A stretch of DNA of 64,000 bases from the NCBI GenBank assembly GCA_963723485.1, contig CAVRQS010000003.1, positions 376,371-440,370 of the forward strand, written 5' to 3'. The notes below the pieces were generated by a model that saw nothing but the letters and a program-made list of their open reading frames with translations, had not been told where the DNA came from and made no database searches. Within the stretch, counting starts at the first letter, position 1. Every line of letters starts with the position of its first letter. This DNA comes from Vulcanimicrobiota bacterium (GTDB lineage: Bacteria > Vulcanimicrobiota > Vulcanimicrobiia > Vulcanimicrobiales > Vulcanimicrobiaceae). The position numbers were made by a program, and so were the translations under genes. Shown here piece by piece: positions 8,686 to 16,673 of the stretch.

Positions 8686-9164
8686 TCCGTTTCGCGGACT
8701 ACGAGGTCCTCGAGCGCCAAGTCCGCGAGCTGCTCGCGGACGAAAGCGACTTCGTCGCCAACGCCGGCAACTTCGCCGCGTTCGTGTATCACGAGCTGCC
8801 CGAGGTAAACTGGGCGGGATTCTATCTCTGCGCGCCGACCGGCGAGCTCGTGCTCGGGCCCTTCGGCGGGCGTCCGGCCTGCACGCGGCTCCCGGCCGGT
8901 CGCGGGGTCTGCGGCGCGGCCGTGACCCGGCGCGCGACGCTCGTCGTCGACGACGTCACCGCGTTCTCCGATCACATCGTCTGCGACACGGCGTCGCGCT
9001 CGGAGATTGTGGTGCCGCTCTTTGCCGGCGACCGGCTCTGGGGCGTCTTCGATTGCGACAGCCCGATCCTCGCGCGCTTCGGCGAAGAGGATCGCGCGGG
9101 CATCGAGCGCCTCGTGCGCGCGTTCAGCGAATCGGTACGCCCTGCGGAGCCGCTCGAACGCTGA
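8682..9164 (+). CDS. GAF domain protein (free methionine-R-sulfoxide reductase-like)
   Basis: ORF trimmed to the ATG at 8682. NWAGFYL......LVLGPFGGRPACTRLPAGRGVCGAA......VVDDV..F.DHIVCD..SRSEIVVPL is the fRMsr/YebR pattern. Confidence 0.8.
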   Translation: MIRFADYEVLERQVRELLADESDFVANAGNFAAFVYHELPEVNWAGFYLCAPTGELVLGPFGGRPACTRLPAGRGVCGAAVTRRATLVVDDVTAFSDHIVCDTASRSEIVVPLFAGDRLWGVFDCDSPILARFGEEDRAGIERLVRAFSESVRPAEPLER

Positions 9165-10335
9165 GCGCGACCCACGCGAAGTTCGCCAGCGCGAGCGCAC
9201 CGATCGTGAGAAAGACCGCCTCAAAGCCGAAACGCGCGCCGATCGCTCCGCCCAGCAGCGGACCGGAAAACATCCCGAGAAACGTGGCGCTCGAGGTTAT
9301 CCCATAGACCTGACCGCGCCGCTCGAGCGGGAAAAGACGTCCGATGAGCGCGTTTGCCGTCGGCAGCACTCCGCCGAGAAAAAGACCGACGCCGAAACGG
9401 AGCGCAACGAAGGCGGCGACCCCGCGAACGAACGCCTGAGGAATCGTGAACGCCGCCACGCCGCAGAGCGAGATCAGCAGTACGCGGCGGTAGCCGATGC
9501 GGTCGCTGCGTTTTCCCAAAAACGGCGATGCTACGAGATCCGCGAGCCCCGTGACCGCGAAGGCGAGGCCGGTCGCGGTTGCGACGCCGGACAAGTGACC
9601 GGATAGCGCACGCACGAAGAGCGGTACGATGGGCTGTACGCCAAACGCGACGACCTGCGCGAGCAGTACGACGAGGAACATCGGGGCAAGCTGCGGATGC
9701 GTCGCGATCTCGCGCAGGCTCTCCCAGAACGGCGCCTGTCCGTCCCGGGAGCGCTGCGGCCGGGCGGGCTCGCGAACGAGCAGGGTGCAGACGAGCGTGG
9801 CGGCGAGCGCGACGGCCGAGGTCGCGAAGAAGACCTGGCGATAATCGTGCAGCCGATCGGCCAGGATGCCCCCAAAGAGCGGCCCGCACAGGCCGCCGAT
9901 CAGCTGGCCCGTGGCCATCCATCCGAGCGAGAAGCCCAGACTCTCCTCCGGCACGGCGGTGCCGACCATCGCGATCGCGGCGGCCGAAAAACCGCTGAAA
10001 ATTCCCATGCAGGCCCGCGCGAAGAAGAGCTGCCACACATTCTGGACCAGCCCCATGAGAGCGGTAAAGATCGCGATCGCCACGCACGATCGAATGACCA
10101 TCGCCTTGCGCCCCGTGCGGTCGGCGACGCCGCCCCATATCGGCGAGAAGATCGCCGCCAGCAAGAAGTTTGCGGACGCGATGATCCCGGCCCAAATCGA
10201 AACCGCGGCGATCGGCTTAACGCCGAGCTGAATGACGTACAGCGGTAGAAACGGCCCGGAAACGGAGAAGGCGAAGGACATCATCGCCTGCACCGTTACC
10301 ATGAGCCAGAGCGTGCGCTGCCACGAGGGCCTCAC
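9124..10335 (-). CDS. MFS transporter
   Basis: 403 aa with 12 predicted helices and the MFS loop motif GGVADRTGRKAMV. GTG start. Confidence 0.9.
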   Translation of the reverse strand: MRPSWQRTLWLMVTVQAMMSFAFSVSGPFLPLYVIQLGVKPIAAVSIWAGIIASANFLLAAIFSPIWGGVADRTGRKAMVIRSCVAIAIFTALMGLVQNVWQLFFARACMGIFSGFSAAAIAMVGTAVPEESLGFSLGWMATGQLIGGLCGPLFGGILADRLHDYRQVFFATSAVALAATLVCTLLVREPARPQRSRDGQAPFWESLREIATHPQLAPMFLVVLLAQVVAFGVQPIVPLFVRALSGHLSGVATATGLAFAVTGLADLVASPFLGKRSDRIGYRRVLLISLCGVAAFTIPQAFVRGVAAFVALRFGVGLFLGGVLPTANALIGRLFPLERRGQVYGITSSATFLGMFSGPLLGGAIGARFGFEAVFLTIGALALANFAWVALSVRAAPQGVPIR

Positions 10336-10350
10336 GCCGCTCGTTGTTTC

Positions 10351-10752
10351 TTAGTGCGGCGGCGCACCCTCCATGTGCATCGTGAAGCCGCCGTGATCGC
10401 CCATCTCCATCGTGTGCGGACGAGGCGACAGCGCCCCCAACAATGCCGTTCCCGCGTCGGGGCGCGCGTTCGCCATCTGGTGTTCTTTATCGCGGTCCAT
10501 CGAAGGTGGATGTCCGGCGGGAAGCTCGCTGCTCAACTCGGTGCGCATCTGATCGTGAAGCTGCCGGCTTTGCTGCAAGAAGGACGAGAGCGTGGCTAGG
10601 ACGCGCTGCCGTTCCCCCGGAGAGAGGATCATGTCGATGCGCTTTGCTGCGGCCGCAGGATCGGGGTTGGCGGCGATGGCGAGCTCGCCGACGGTGGCGC
10701 CGACGGCCCGCAGGTGCACCGGCGTCAGCGCGCTCAGGATCTGGGCCCGCAT
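10351..10752 (-). CDS. hypothetical protein with His/Met-rich C-terminal tail
   Basis: C-terminal 133 codons of ORF 10351..11271, starting at the ATG at 10752. The rest of the ORF is antisense to the EamA gene. Helical repeats (LTPVHLRAV, LSPGERQRVL) recall Spy/CpxP-type proteins. The tail reads HTMEMGDHGGFTMHMEGAPPH. The start is uncertain and no signal peptide is seen. Confidence 0.45.
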   Translation of the reverse strand: MRAQILSALTPVHLRAVGATVGELAIAANPDPAAAAKRIDMILSPGERQRVLATLSSFLQQSRQLHDQMRTELSSELPAGHPPSMDRDKEHQMANARPDAGTALLGALSPRPHTMEMGDHGGFTMHMEGAPPH

Positions 10753-10837
10753 CTGCACGTGCAACTGCGGTTCCTGACCGGCAAACCGCTCGAACGTCGC
10801 GCGAAACCCGGCGTGCCGTTCTCCGGTCGTTTGGCGC

Positions 10838-11758
10838 GTGGCGCGCCGGGACGAAGCCTTAGCCTGGATCTCGCTGGTGATCGTGTACGTCGTCTGGGGC
10901 TCGACGTACCTCGGAATCCGGGTCGCCGTCACGACGATTCCGCCGTACCTCATGACGGGCACACGATTCCTGATCGCGGGGTTGTTGCTCTTCGCGCTGC
11001 AGTGGCTCGTCGCGAAGCAGAAGCCGCGGCTGCCGAGCCGCAAGGAAATCGTTCGCATAACCATCGTGGCGGCGTCGCTGATCGTCGTCGGTAACGGCCT
11101 GCTGTGTCTTGCGGAAACGCGAGTCGAATCCGGCAGCGCCGCGCTGCTGCTGGCGAGCACGCCGATCTGGATGCTGCTGCTCGACGCGTTGCTGGCGCGC
11201 AAGCCGCCCGCGGCGCCGGCGGTTGGCGGCGCGCTACTCGGTACCGCGGGGATCGCGCTGCTCGTAGGCAAAGGCGCCGGTCACGCCGACCTGCTCTTCG
11301 CCGGCATCATTCTGATTGCGTCGGTCTCATGGGCGGCGGGATCCATCTACGCGCGCGGCAAGGCGCACACGCCCATCACCGCGTCGCTCGAGATGACGAT
11401 CGGCGGTGTGATCTCGCTCGTCGTGGGTCTGCTGCTCGGCGAGGCCTCGCACCTGAGGGTCGCCGCCATCTCTGTCCCGTCGCTGTGGGGAATGGCTTGG
11501 CTGATTACCGCCGGCGCGATGCTCGGCTACAGCGCATACGCCTATGCCGTCCGCACCCTTCCGACCACGACGGTCTCCACCTACGGCTACGTGAACCCCG
11601 TCGTCGCCGTGATTCTCGGCGCAGCGATCCTGCACGAGCCCGTGACGTGGAACATCGTCGCGGGCGGCGCGGCCGTCGTCGCCTCGGTCGTCTTGATTCT
11701 GCTTGCGCGCGGTCCCATCACCCGACCAGGTCGCGCCAGCTCGTCGCCCTCAGCGTGA
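10838..11758 (+). CDS. EamA/DMT family transporter
   Basis: 306 aa with 10 helices and two EamA-like halves (VVWGSTYLGIRV..., SWAAGSIYAR). GTG start. Confidence 0.9.
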   Translation: MARRDEALAWISLVIVYVVWGSTYLGIRVAVTTIPPYLMTGTRFLIAGLLLFALQWLVAKQKPRLPSRKEIVRITIVAASLIVVGNGLLCLAETRVESGSAALLLASTPIWMLLLDALLARKPPAAPAVGGALLGTAGIALLVGKGAGHADLLFAGIILIASVSWAAGSIYARGKAHTPITASLEMTIGGVISLVVGLLLGEASHLRVAAISVPSLWGMAWLITAGAMLGYSAYAYAVRTLPTTTVSTYGYVNPVVAVILGAAILHEPVTWNIVAGGAAVVASVVLILLARGPITRPGRASSSPSA

Positions 11759-11975
11759 CGCCGAAATAGCCGGCGGCTGCCTTGATGTTCGCGAAGGCCT
11801 GCGCGCGCTCGGCCTCGCTGACGCCGCTCACGGTGCCAAAGCGGCCGATGGCGCTGCGCACGTGTGCGGCATCGGTTAACGGCTCCTTACGCTCCTTCGG
11901 GAATGCGAAGACGCTGTCGGGCAGTGTGGCGCGCGGCGCGGCGCCGTCGCGCACCGGTTTCCATGTGATCTGCAT
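11718..11975 (-). CDS. small conserved hypothetical protein (DUF6582-like)
   Basis: 85 aa. LPDSVFAFPKERKEPLTDAAHVRSAIGRF resembles a recurring small-protein family. The family assignment is from memory only. Confidence 0.55.
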   Translation of the reverse strand: MQITWKPVRDGAAPRATLPDSVFAFPKERKEPLTDAAHVRSAIGRFGTVSGVSEAERAQAFANIKAAAGYFGVTLRATSWRDLVG

Positions 11976-11984
11976 CCCACGAGC

Positions 11985-12566
11985 TTACCAGCCGTTTGTG
12001 GCCGGCGTGTTTCCGGGACTCGGCGCGTCGTCGGGCTGAACCATGTTCTTCGGCAGCGGCAGCGCAGGTGCGCTCGCCGGCTGCGCGCAAATACCCTTAT
12101 GGCCGCGGTCCGTCTGCGCCGCAAGGACGAGGCCCTTATCGAACACCGCGTCGTGCGCGTGAATGCCGAACGAGAGAAAGCCGCTGCGCACGCCGCCGAC
12201 GAACGTCCGCTCGAAGTTCAGGTGGATCGTGTCGCCGCAGAAGTTGACCGCGTCGTCGAGGTCGAGGGTTACCTCTTGAGAGGTCGTCGTTTCGAAGGTT
12301 CGGTGCGTGACGTTTTGTTGATTGGTGTAATGACCCTCGACGAGATCGCCGGCCTTCGCGACGACGTAGCCGTTGACGACGACATCCTGCGTCACCGCGA
12401 AGCGGACCGTTCGCTGCTGCACGTTCGTTCCGAAGGCACCGACCCGGACGTCCTTCGTCACGGTTACCGGAATTACGACGCCGCGGGGAACGAAGACCGA
12501 AGGATAGGGCGGTGCGGTCGGTGGCGGCGCGGGCAATGCTTGCGCGAGGATGAGAGCGGCAATCAT
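11985..12566 (-). CDS. hypothetical secreted protein
   Basis: 193-aa ORF with a short hydrophobic N-terminus, a Pro-rich stretch and a beta-rich body. Coding-like G/C at third codon positions. Confidence 0.55.
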   Translation of the reverse strand: MIAALILAQALPAPPPTAPPYPSVFVPRGVVIPVTVTKDVRVGAFGTNVQQRTVRFAVTQDVVVNGYVVAKAGDLVEGHYTNQQNVTHRTFETTTSQEVTLDLDDAVNFCGDTIHLNFERTFVGGVRSGFLSFGIHAHDAVFDKGLVLAAQTDRGHKGICAQPASAPALPLPKNMVQPDDAPSPGNTPATNGW

Positions 12567-12604
12567 GTTGGTTCGCGCTTTCGCGCGGCGCGCGCGACTC
12601 TTTC

Positions 12605-14251
12605 TTACCCGGCGCTCGCCAGCCTATCACGTAAGACGGCGCGGGCGGCACGTTTTCCGGGAAAGCCGCTCACGCAGCCGCCGGGATGGGCGCCCGAGCC
12701 GCACAGATATAGATTGCGCACCGGCGTGCGCGTCGCGAAGCGATTTTCGTAGATCTGCCCTGGTAGCAGTTCGCCGTGAAAGATGTGTCCACCGACGAGG
12801 CCGAAGCGCGCCTCGAGATCGGGCGGGGCGAGCACCTGACGCCGTTCGATGACGCGAGGTAGGTTCGGCGCGTAACGCGCCAGGATCGCCACGATCTTAT
12901 CCGCGGCCGCCTCGCGCTGCCGCTGGGACCAACCGCCCTGTCGATCGTAGGGAAAGTACTGCGCGAAGATCGAGAGAATGTGCTTGCCCGGCGGAGCCAG
13001 CGCCGGATCCGTCGGCGTCTGCAAGAAGCACTCGATCAACGGCTCCTCGCTCGCGCCGGTCCTTCGCGCGTCGTCGTACGCCTGTTGCAGATAGTCGATC
13101 GAGGATGCCACATGGATCGTCGCATGGTGGTGCGGCTGCGCCTTACTCCCCGGACGGCACGTGAAGTTCGGAAGCTCGCCGAGCGCGAGATTCAGCTTCA
13201 AAGAAGCTCCGACGCTGCGCCATGACGCGAGCTTGTCGCGCAGCGGGCGGCCGATCAGATTCACGTCGAGCAGATCGAGAAAGGTCGTCTTAGGATGGGC
13301 GTTCGACACGACGACCTCCGCGCGCACGGGCCCTAGTGGGGTATCGACGCCGCACGCTGCGCCGGTGCCGTCGGTGAGAATACGCGCGACCTTCGCATCC
13401 GCAAAGATCTCGGCGCCGTGCGCAGTTGCCGCAGATGCGAGCGCGCTCGAAACCGATCCCATACCTCCGCGCACAAAGGCCCACGCCCCTTGCACGCCGA
13501 GCACGCGTCCGGCGAGATGATGCGCGAGAACGTACGCCGTTCCTGGATCGCGCGGCCCCAGGTAGGTGCCGATCAAGCCGTCGTTAACGAGCTCCGCCTG
13601 CAGCACAGGTGTGGAGACATAGCGCTCGACCAACTCCGCCGCCGACCCGCATAAAATCCGCAACGTATCGGGATCGAAGCGGTCGAAGCGCGGATCGTCG
13701 TCCGAGAACGAATCGAAGAGCTTCCTCCCGAGCCGATCGGTGCACTCAACGTACGCCTCGAGCCCGGCGACGTCGCGCGGCGCGAACGCGGCCACCTCGC
13801 GGGCGTTTTGCTCGCGATCGGTTCCGAGCAAGAGCGAGCGCCCGTCGAGCAGCGGCGTGAACGCGTACGGATCCTTGCGGTAATAGGTCAGTCCGCGCGC
13901 CGGCAGATCGAGCGCTTCGACCAGCCATGGATCGAGCAGGCTGCAGACGTAGGAGGCCGTCGAGACGGTGTATCCCGGCCACACGTCCCGCTCGCTAACC
14001 GCGGCGCCGCCGATGGCGCCGCGCCGCTCGAAGACCGCGACGGAGTGGCCCGCGCGCGCCAACAGCGCGGCGCACGCGAGGCCGTTGTGGCCCGCGCCGA
14101 TGATGACGGCGTCGTACGAAGGCTTAGGGCTTGCGGTTGTGCGTTTGTTCAGCGATACGAGGGCCGCGAAGCGAAGCAATCCCGGCAATAGACCGGCTTG
14201 TCGCCGCGCGGATTGAACGGAACCTCGGCAACGCCGCCGCACTGGCTGCAT
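12605..14251 (-). CDS. phytoene-desaturase-family NAD(P)/FAD-dependent oxidoreductase
   Basis: YDAVIIGAGHNGLACAALLARAGHSVAVFERRGAIGG dinucleotide-binding motif with a CrtI-like body. The start is uncertain: ATG 14251, or TTG 14188 or 14179. All of them overlap the upstream zinc-ribbon gene. Confidence 0.85.
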   Translation of the reverse strand: MQPVRRRCRGSVQSARRQAGLLPGLLRFAALVSLNKRTTASPKPSYDAVIIGAGHNGLACAALLARAGHSVAVFERRGAIGGAAVSERDVWPGYTVSTASYVCSLLDPWLVEALDLPARGLTYYRKDPYAFTPLLDGRSLLLGTDREQNAREVAAFAPRDVAGLEAYVECTDRLGRKLFDSFSDDDPRFDRFDPDTLRILCGSAAELVERYVSTPVLQAELVNDGLIGTYLGPRDPGTAYVLAHHLAGRVLGVQGAWAFVRGGMGSVSSALASAATAHGAEIFADAKVARILTDGTGAACGVDTPLGPVRAEVVVSNAHPKTTFLDLLDVNLIGRPLRDKLASWRSVGASLKLNLALGELPNFTCRPGSKAQPHHHATIHVASSIDYLQQAYDDARRTGASEEPLIECFLQTPTDPALAPPGKHILSIFAQYFPYDRQGGWSQRQREAAADKIVAILARYAPNLPRVIERRQVLAPPDLEARFGLVGGHIFHGELLPGQIYENRFATRTPVRNLYLCGSGAHPGGCVSGFPGKRAARAVLRDRLASAG

Positions 14252-14454
14252 GTAGCCGTGAACATCTCGCGCGGGCGCCCCGTGCGGTCACCGCCGCCTC
14301 CGCTAGAGCGCATCTGCTTGCGCGCCTGGCGGCAGTCGGGACAACGATTCGGCTTGTTCTGGAACCCCTTCTGCTCGTAGAACCGCTGTTCACCCGAGCT
14401 GAAGACGAACTGGCGTCCGCAGTCCACACAGTTGAGCATTTCATCGACGTACAC
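14149..14454 (-). CDS. zinc-ribbon domain protein
   Basis: 101 aa with CVDCGRQF...CPDCRQ and CSQCGG...YCRDCF, two CxxC pairs on each side of a Gly-rich linker. Confidence 0.8.
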   Translation of the reverse strand: MYVDEMLNCVDCGRQFVFSSGEQRFYEQKGFQNKPNRCPDCRQARKQMRSSGGGGDRTGRPREMFTATCSQCGGVAEVPFNPRGDKPVYCRDCFASRPSYR

Positions 14455-14546
14455 GAAACCAGAAACTCCTTGTTAGACTCTGCCTACCGTGCGGACTTCG
14501 CAACCGAGATCTCGGAGAATCCTACCGGGGGACCAGAGCAGCATTT

Positions 14547-15146
14547 GTGTCCGGCGTTCTGCGACCTCGGCTGGGTCCGTCCCTGCCGTCTCGTGCCGGA
14601 CTCGGCGGCGAAAGGGCGAAGCCCGCGGGCGTGGTCGACACCATTCCGGACGTAATCGCTCCCGGCTCGCTCGCGGATTACTTCGAGGTGTTGACGCGGG
14701 CCGTTTTCCAAGCCGGCGTGAGCTGGAAGCAGATCGCCCAGCATTGGGAGGCCTATTACGAAGCATTCGCGGGCTTCGATCCGGCTACCGTCGCCGCGTA
14801 CGACGACGTCGACGTCGATCGCGCGCTCGCAACGCCGGGAGTGCTGCGCATGCCGAGCAAGGTACGTGCGACGATCCGTAATGCAGGCGCCATGCTGCAG
14901 GCCGACCGCGAATACGGCGGCTTCGTGCGCTATCTGCGCTCGTTCGACTCGTACGCCGCACTCGCGAAGGATCTCAAGCAGCGCTTCGCGCTAATGGGCG
15001 ACATGAACGTCTGGTACTTCCTCTTCCGCACCGGCGAACGCGTGCCGCGCTTCGAGCCGTGGGTGGCCACCATTCGCGGCGACCACCCGCGGATGCGCGA
15101 GATGGTCGAGCGCGCTAGGGCGCGGGGCCGCTCGCCGGAATGCTGA
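14547..15146 (+). CDS. tag: DNA-3-methyladenine glycosylase I-like protein
   Basis: YFEVLTRAVFQAGVSWKQI...W..Y..AF.GFDP..VA and MGDMNVWYFLFRTG match the Tag (Adenine_glyco) pattern. The N-terminal start is uncertain. Confidence 0.75.
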   Translation: MSGVLRPRLGPSLPSRAGLGGERAKPAGVVDTIPDVIAPGSLADYFEVLTRAVFQAGVSWKQIAQHWEAYYEAFAGFDPATVAAYDDVDVDRALATPGVLRMPSKVRATIRNAGAMLQADREYGGFVRYLRSFDSYAALAKDLKQRFALMGDMNVWYFLFRTGERVPRFEPWVATIRGDHPRMREMVERARARGRSPEC

Positions 15147-16662
15147 CCAACCCGACGCGATTCGCATACGCCGCTAAGCGCGCACCGTCGTCGCCGCCGA
15201 ACGCCAATCCGACATAGCCGTCCGGGCGAACCAGATAGGCGGCGTCCTTCCCAAGCCCCGCGTCTTGCGCACCTGCGCCCCAAGCAAAAGCGTCGACCAC
15301 AAGGCCGCGCTGCGCGGCCGCCGCGGCGACCTGGGGGCCCGGCTCACCGTAGACGTGCACCTGCCAATCCAGCGACCGTAGCGGCGCGAAGTTATCGAGG
15401 CTCGCGACCCACGGCAGTCGATCGCCCCCTCGAACTCGCCCGGCTCGGCCTTCACTCAGGCTCGAGTCGGGATAGTGGATCTGCGTCTGCGAGACGATTC
15501 GAAAGAGGACGTGGCGCATGGACTCGAGTCGCGTGCCCGCTGCCAGCAGCACCGGTGCGAGGAAGCGCCGCGTCAGCTGACCGCGCGCCCCCGGCGCCAC
15601 GATCGCGGTGAACGCGCGGTCGGTCGTCGCCACCAAGGCGCGCGCGAACGCGATGCGTTCTTGCTCGAAGGAGTCGAGAACCGTCGCTGCGGTGCGGCCG
15701 GTGATTGCGTCGGCGAGCTTCCACCCGAGATTCGTCGCATCGCCGATCCCAGTGTTCATGCCCTGTCCGCCGGCGGGGCTGTGAATGTGCGCCGCGTCGC
15801 CGAGGATGAAGACGCGGCCGCAACGGAACCGCTCCGCGACGCGATGATGCACGCGATACGCCGCAAACCAGTTCACGTCGGTGACCTGCGCACCCAACAG
15901 CGGCTCGACGTAACCGCGAATGCTCTCGAACGTCATCGAGTCGCCTTCCGCGCATTCGCGCGGAGCCAAGCCGATCAATCGGCGCATCCCGGTCGAGCGC
16001 ACGGCGAAGATCAAAGCCAAGGCGTACTCGCCGAGCGTTACGTAGAGGTCGTGATCGAATGGCGCATCGATCTTCGCATCGCACACGAAAAAGAGCTGTT
16101 CGTAGGTCTTGCCCGCGAAACCGAGCCCGAGCGCCGTCCGCACCGCCGAGTGCGCTCCGTCGCAGCCGCACAGATAGTCGACCTCGAGCTCTTCGCTCCC
16201 GTTCGGACCGAGGAGTCCGGCTACGACGCTTCTCTCGCCGGCACGGGGCAATGCCGTAAGCTTGGTGTTCCACTCGACCCGGACGCCCGCCGCGGCTAGC
16301 TTCCTGATGAGGAAGCGCTCGTGGTCGTCTTGCGGGTAGGTGAGGGCGAAGGGAAACGGGCTGATTCCGTCGCCCAGGTCGGCGAAATTCAGCCGGACCA
16401 TCTCGCGCAGGCGCCCATCGCCGGCCGCCTCGCGCAAGCGCAGATGCGGCACGACGATCCCCTCGCCGACGATCTCCTCCGCGAATCCCAGCTGACGATA
16501 GAATTCAAGCGTCCGCGCCTGGACGACCATCGCGCGCGAGTGCTCGCCGGGACCGGCGGCGTCGGCGATGATGCGAAACGGTACGCCGCGCCGGGCGAGA
16601 TTCAACGCCAGCACGAGCCCCGTAGGGCCGGCTCCGACAATCAGAACCCGCGGGGAACTCAG
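15115..16662 (-). CDS. FAD-dependent aromatic-ring monooxygenase
   Basis: RVLIVGAGPTGLVLALNLARRG, CDGAHSAVR and GRVFILGDAAHIHSPAGGQGMNTGIGDATNLGWKLA. No ATG, GTG or TTG lies between the upstream stop (16674) and the Rossmann motif. The coordinate given uses CTG at 16662. The 415 upstream codons of ORF 15115..17907 are out-of-frame shadow of the receptor gene. Confidence 0.8.
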   Translation of the reverse strand: MSSPRVLIVGAGPTGLVLALNLARRGVPFRIIADAAGPGEHSRAMVVQARTLEFYRQLGFAEEIVGEGIVVPHLRLREAAGDGRLREMVRLNFADLGDGISPFPFALTYPQDDHERFLIRKLAAAGVRVEWNTKLTALPRAGERSVVAGLLGPNGSEELEVDYLCGCDGAHSAVRTALGLGFAGKTYEQLFFVCDAKIDAPFDHDLYVTLGEYALALIFAVRSTGMRRLIGLAPRECAEGDSMTFESIRGYVEPLLGAQVTDVNWFAAYRVHHRVAERFRCGRVFILGDAAHIHSPAGGQGMNTGIGDATNLGWKLADAITGRTAATVLDSFEQERIAFARALVATTDRAFTAIVAPGARGQLTRRFLAPVLLAAGTRLESMRHVLFRIVSQTQIHYPDSSLSEGRAGRVRGGDRLPWVASLDNFAPLRSLDWQVHVYGEPGPQVAAAAAQRGLVVDAFAWGAGAQDAGLGKDAAYLVRPDGYVGLAFGGDDGARLAAYANRVGLVSIPASGPAP

Positions 16663-16673
16663 TGACGCGCTCG

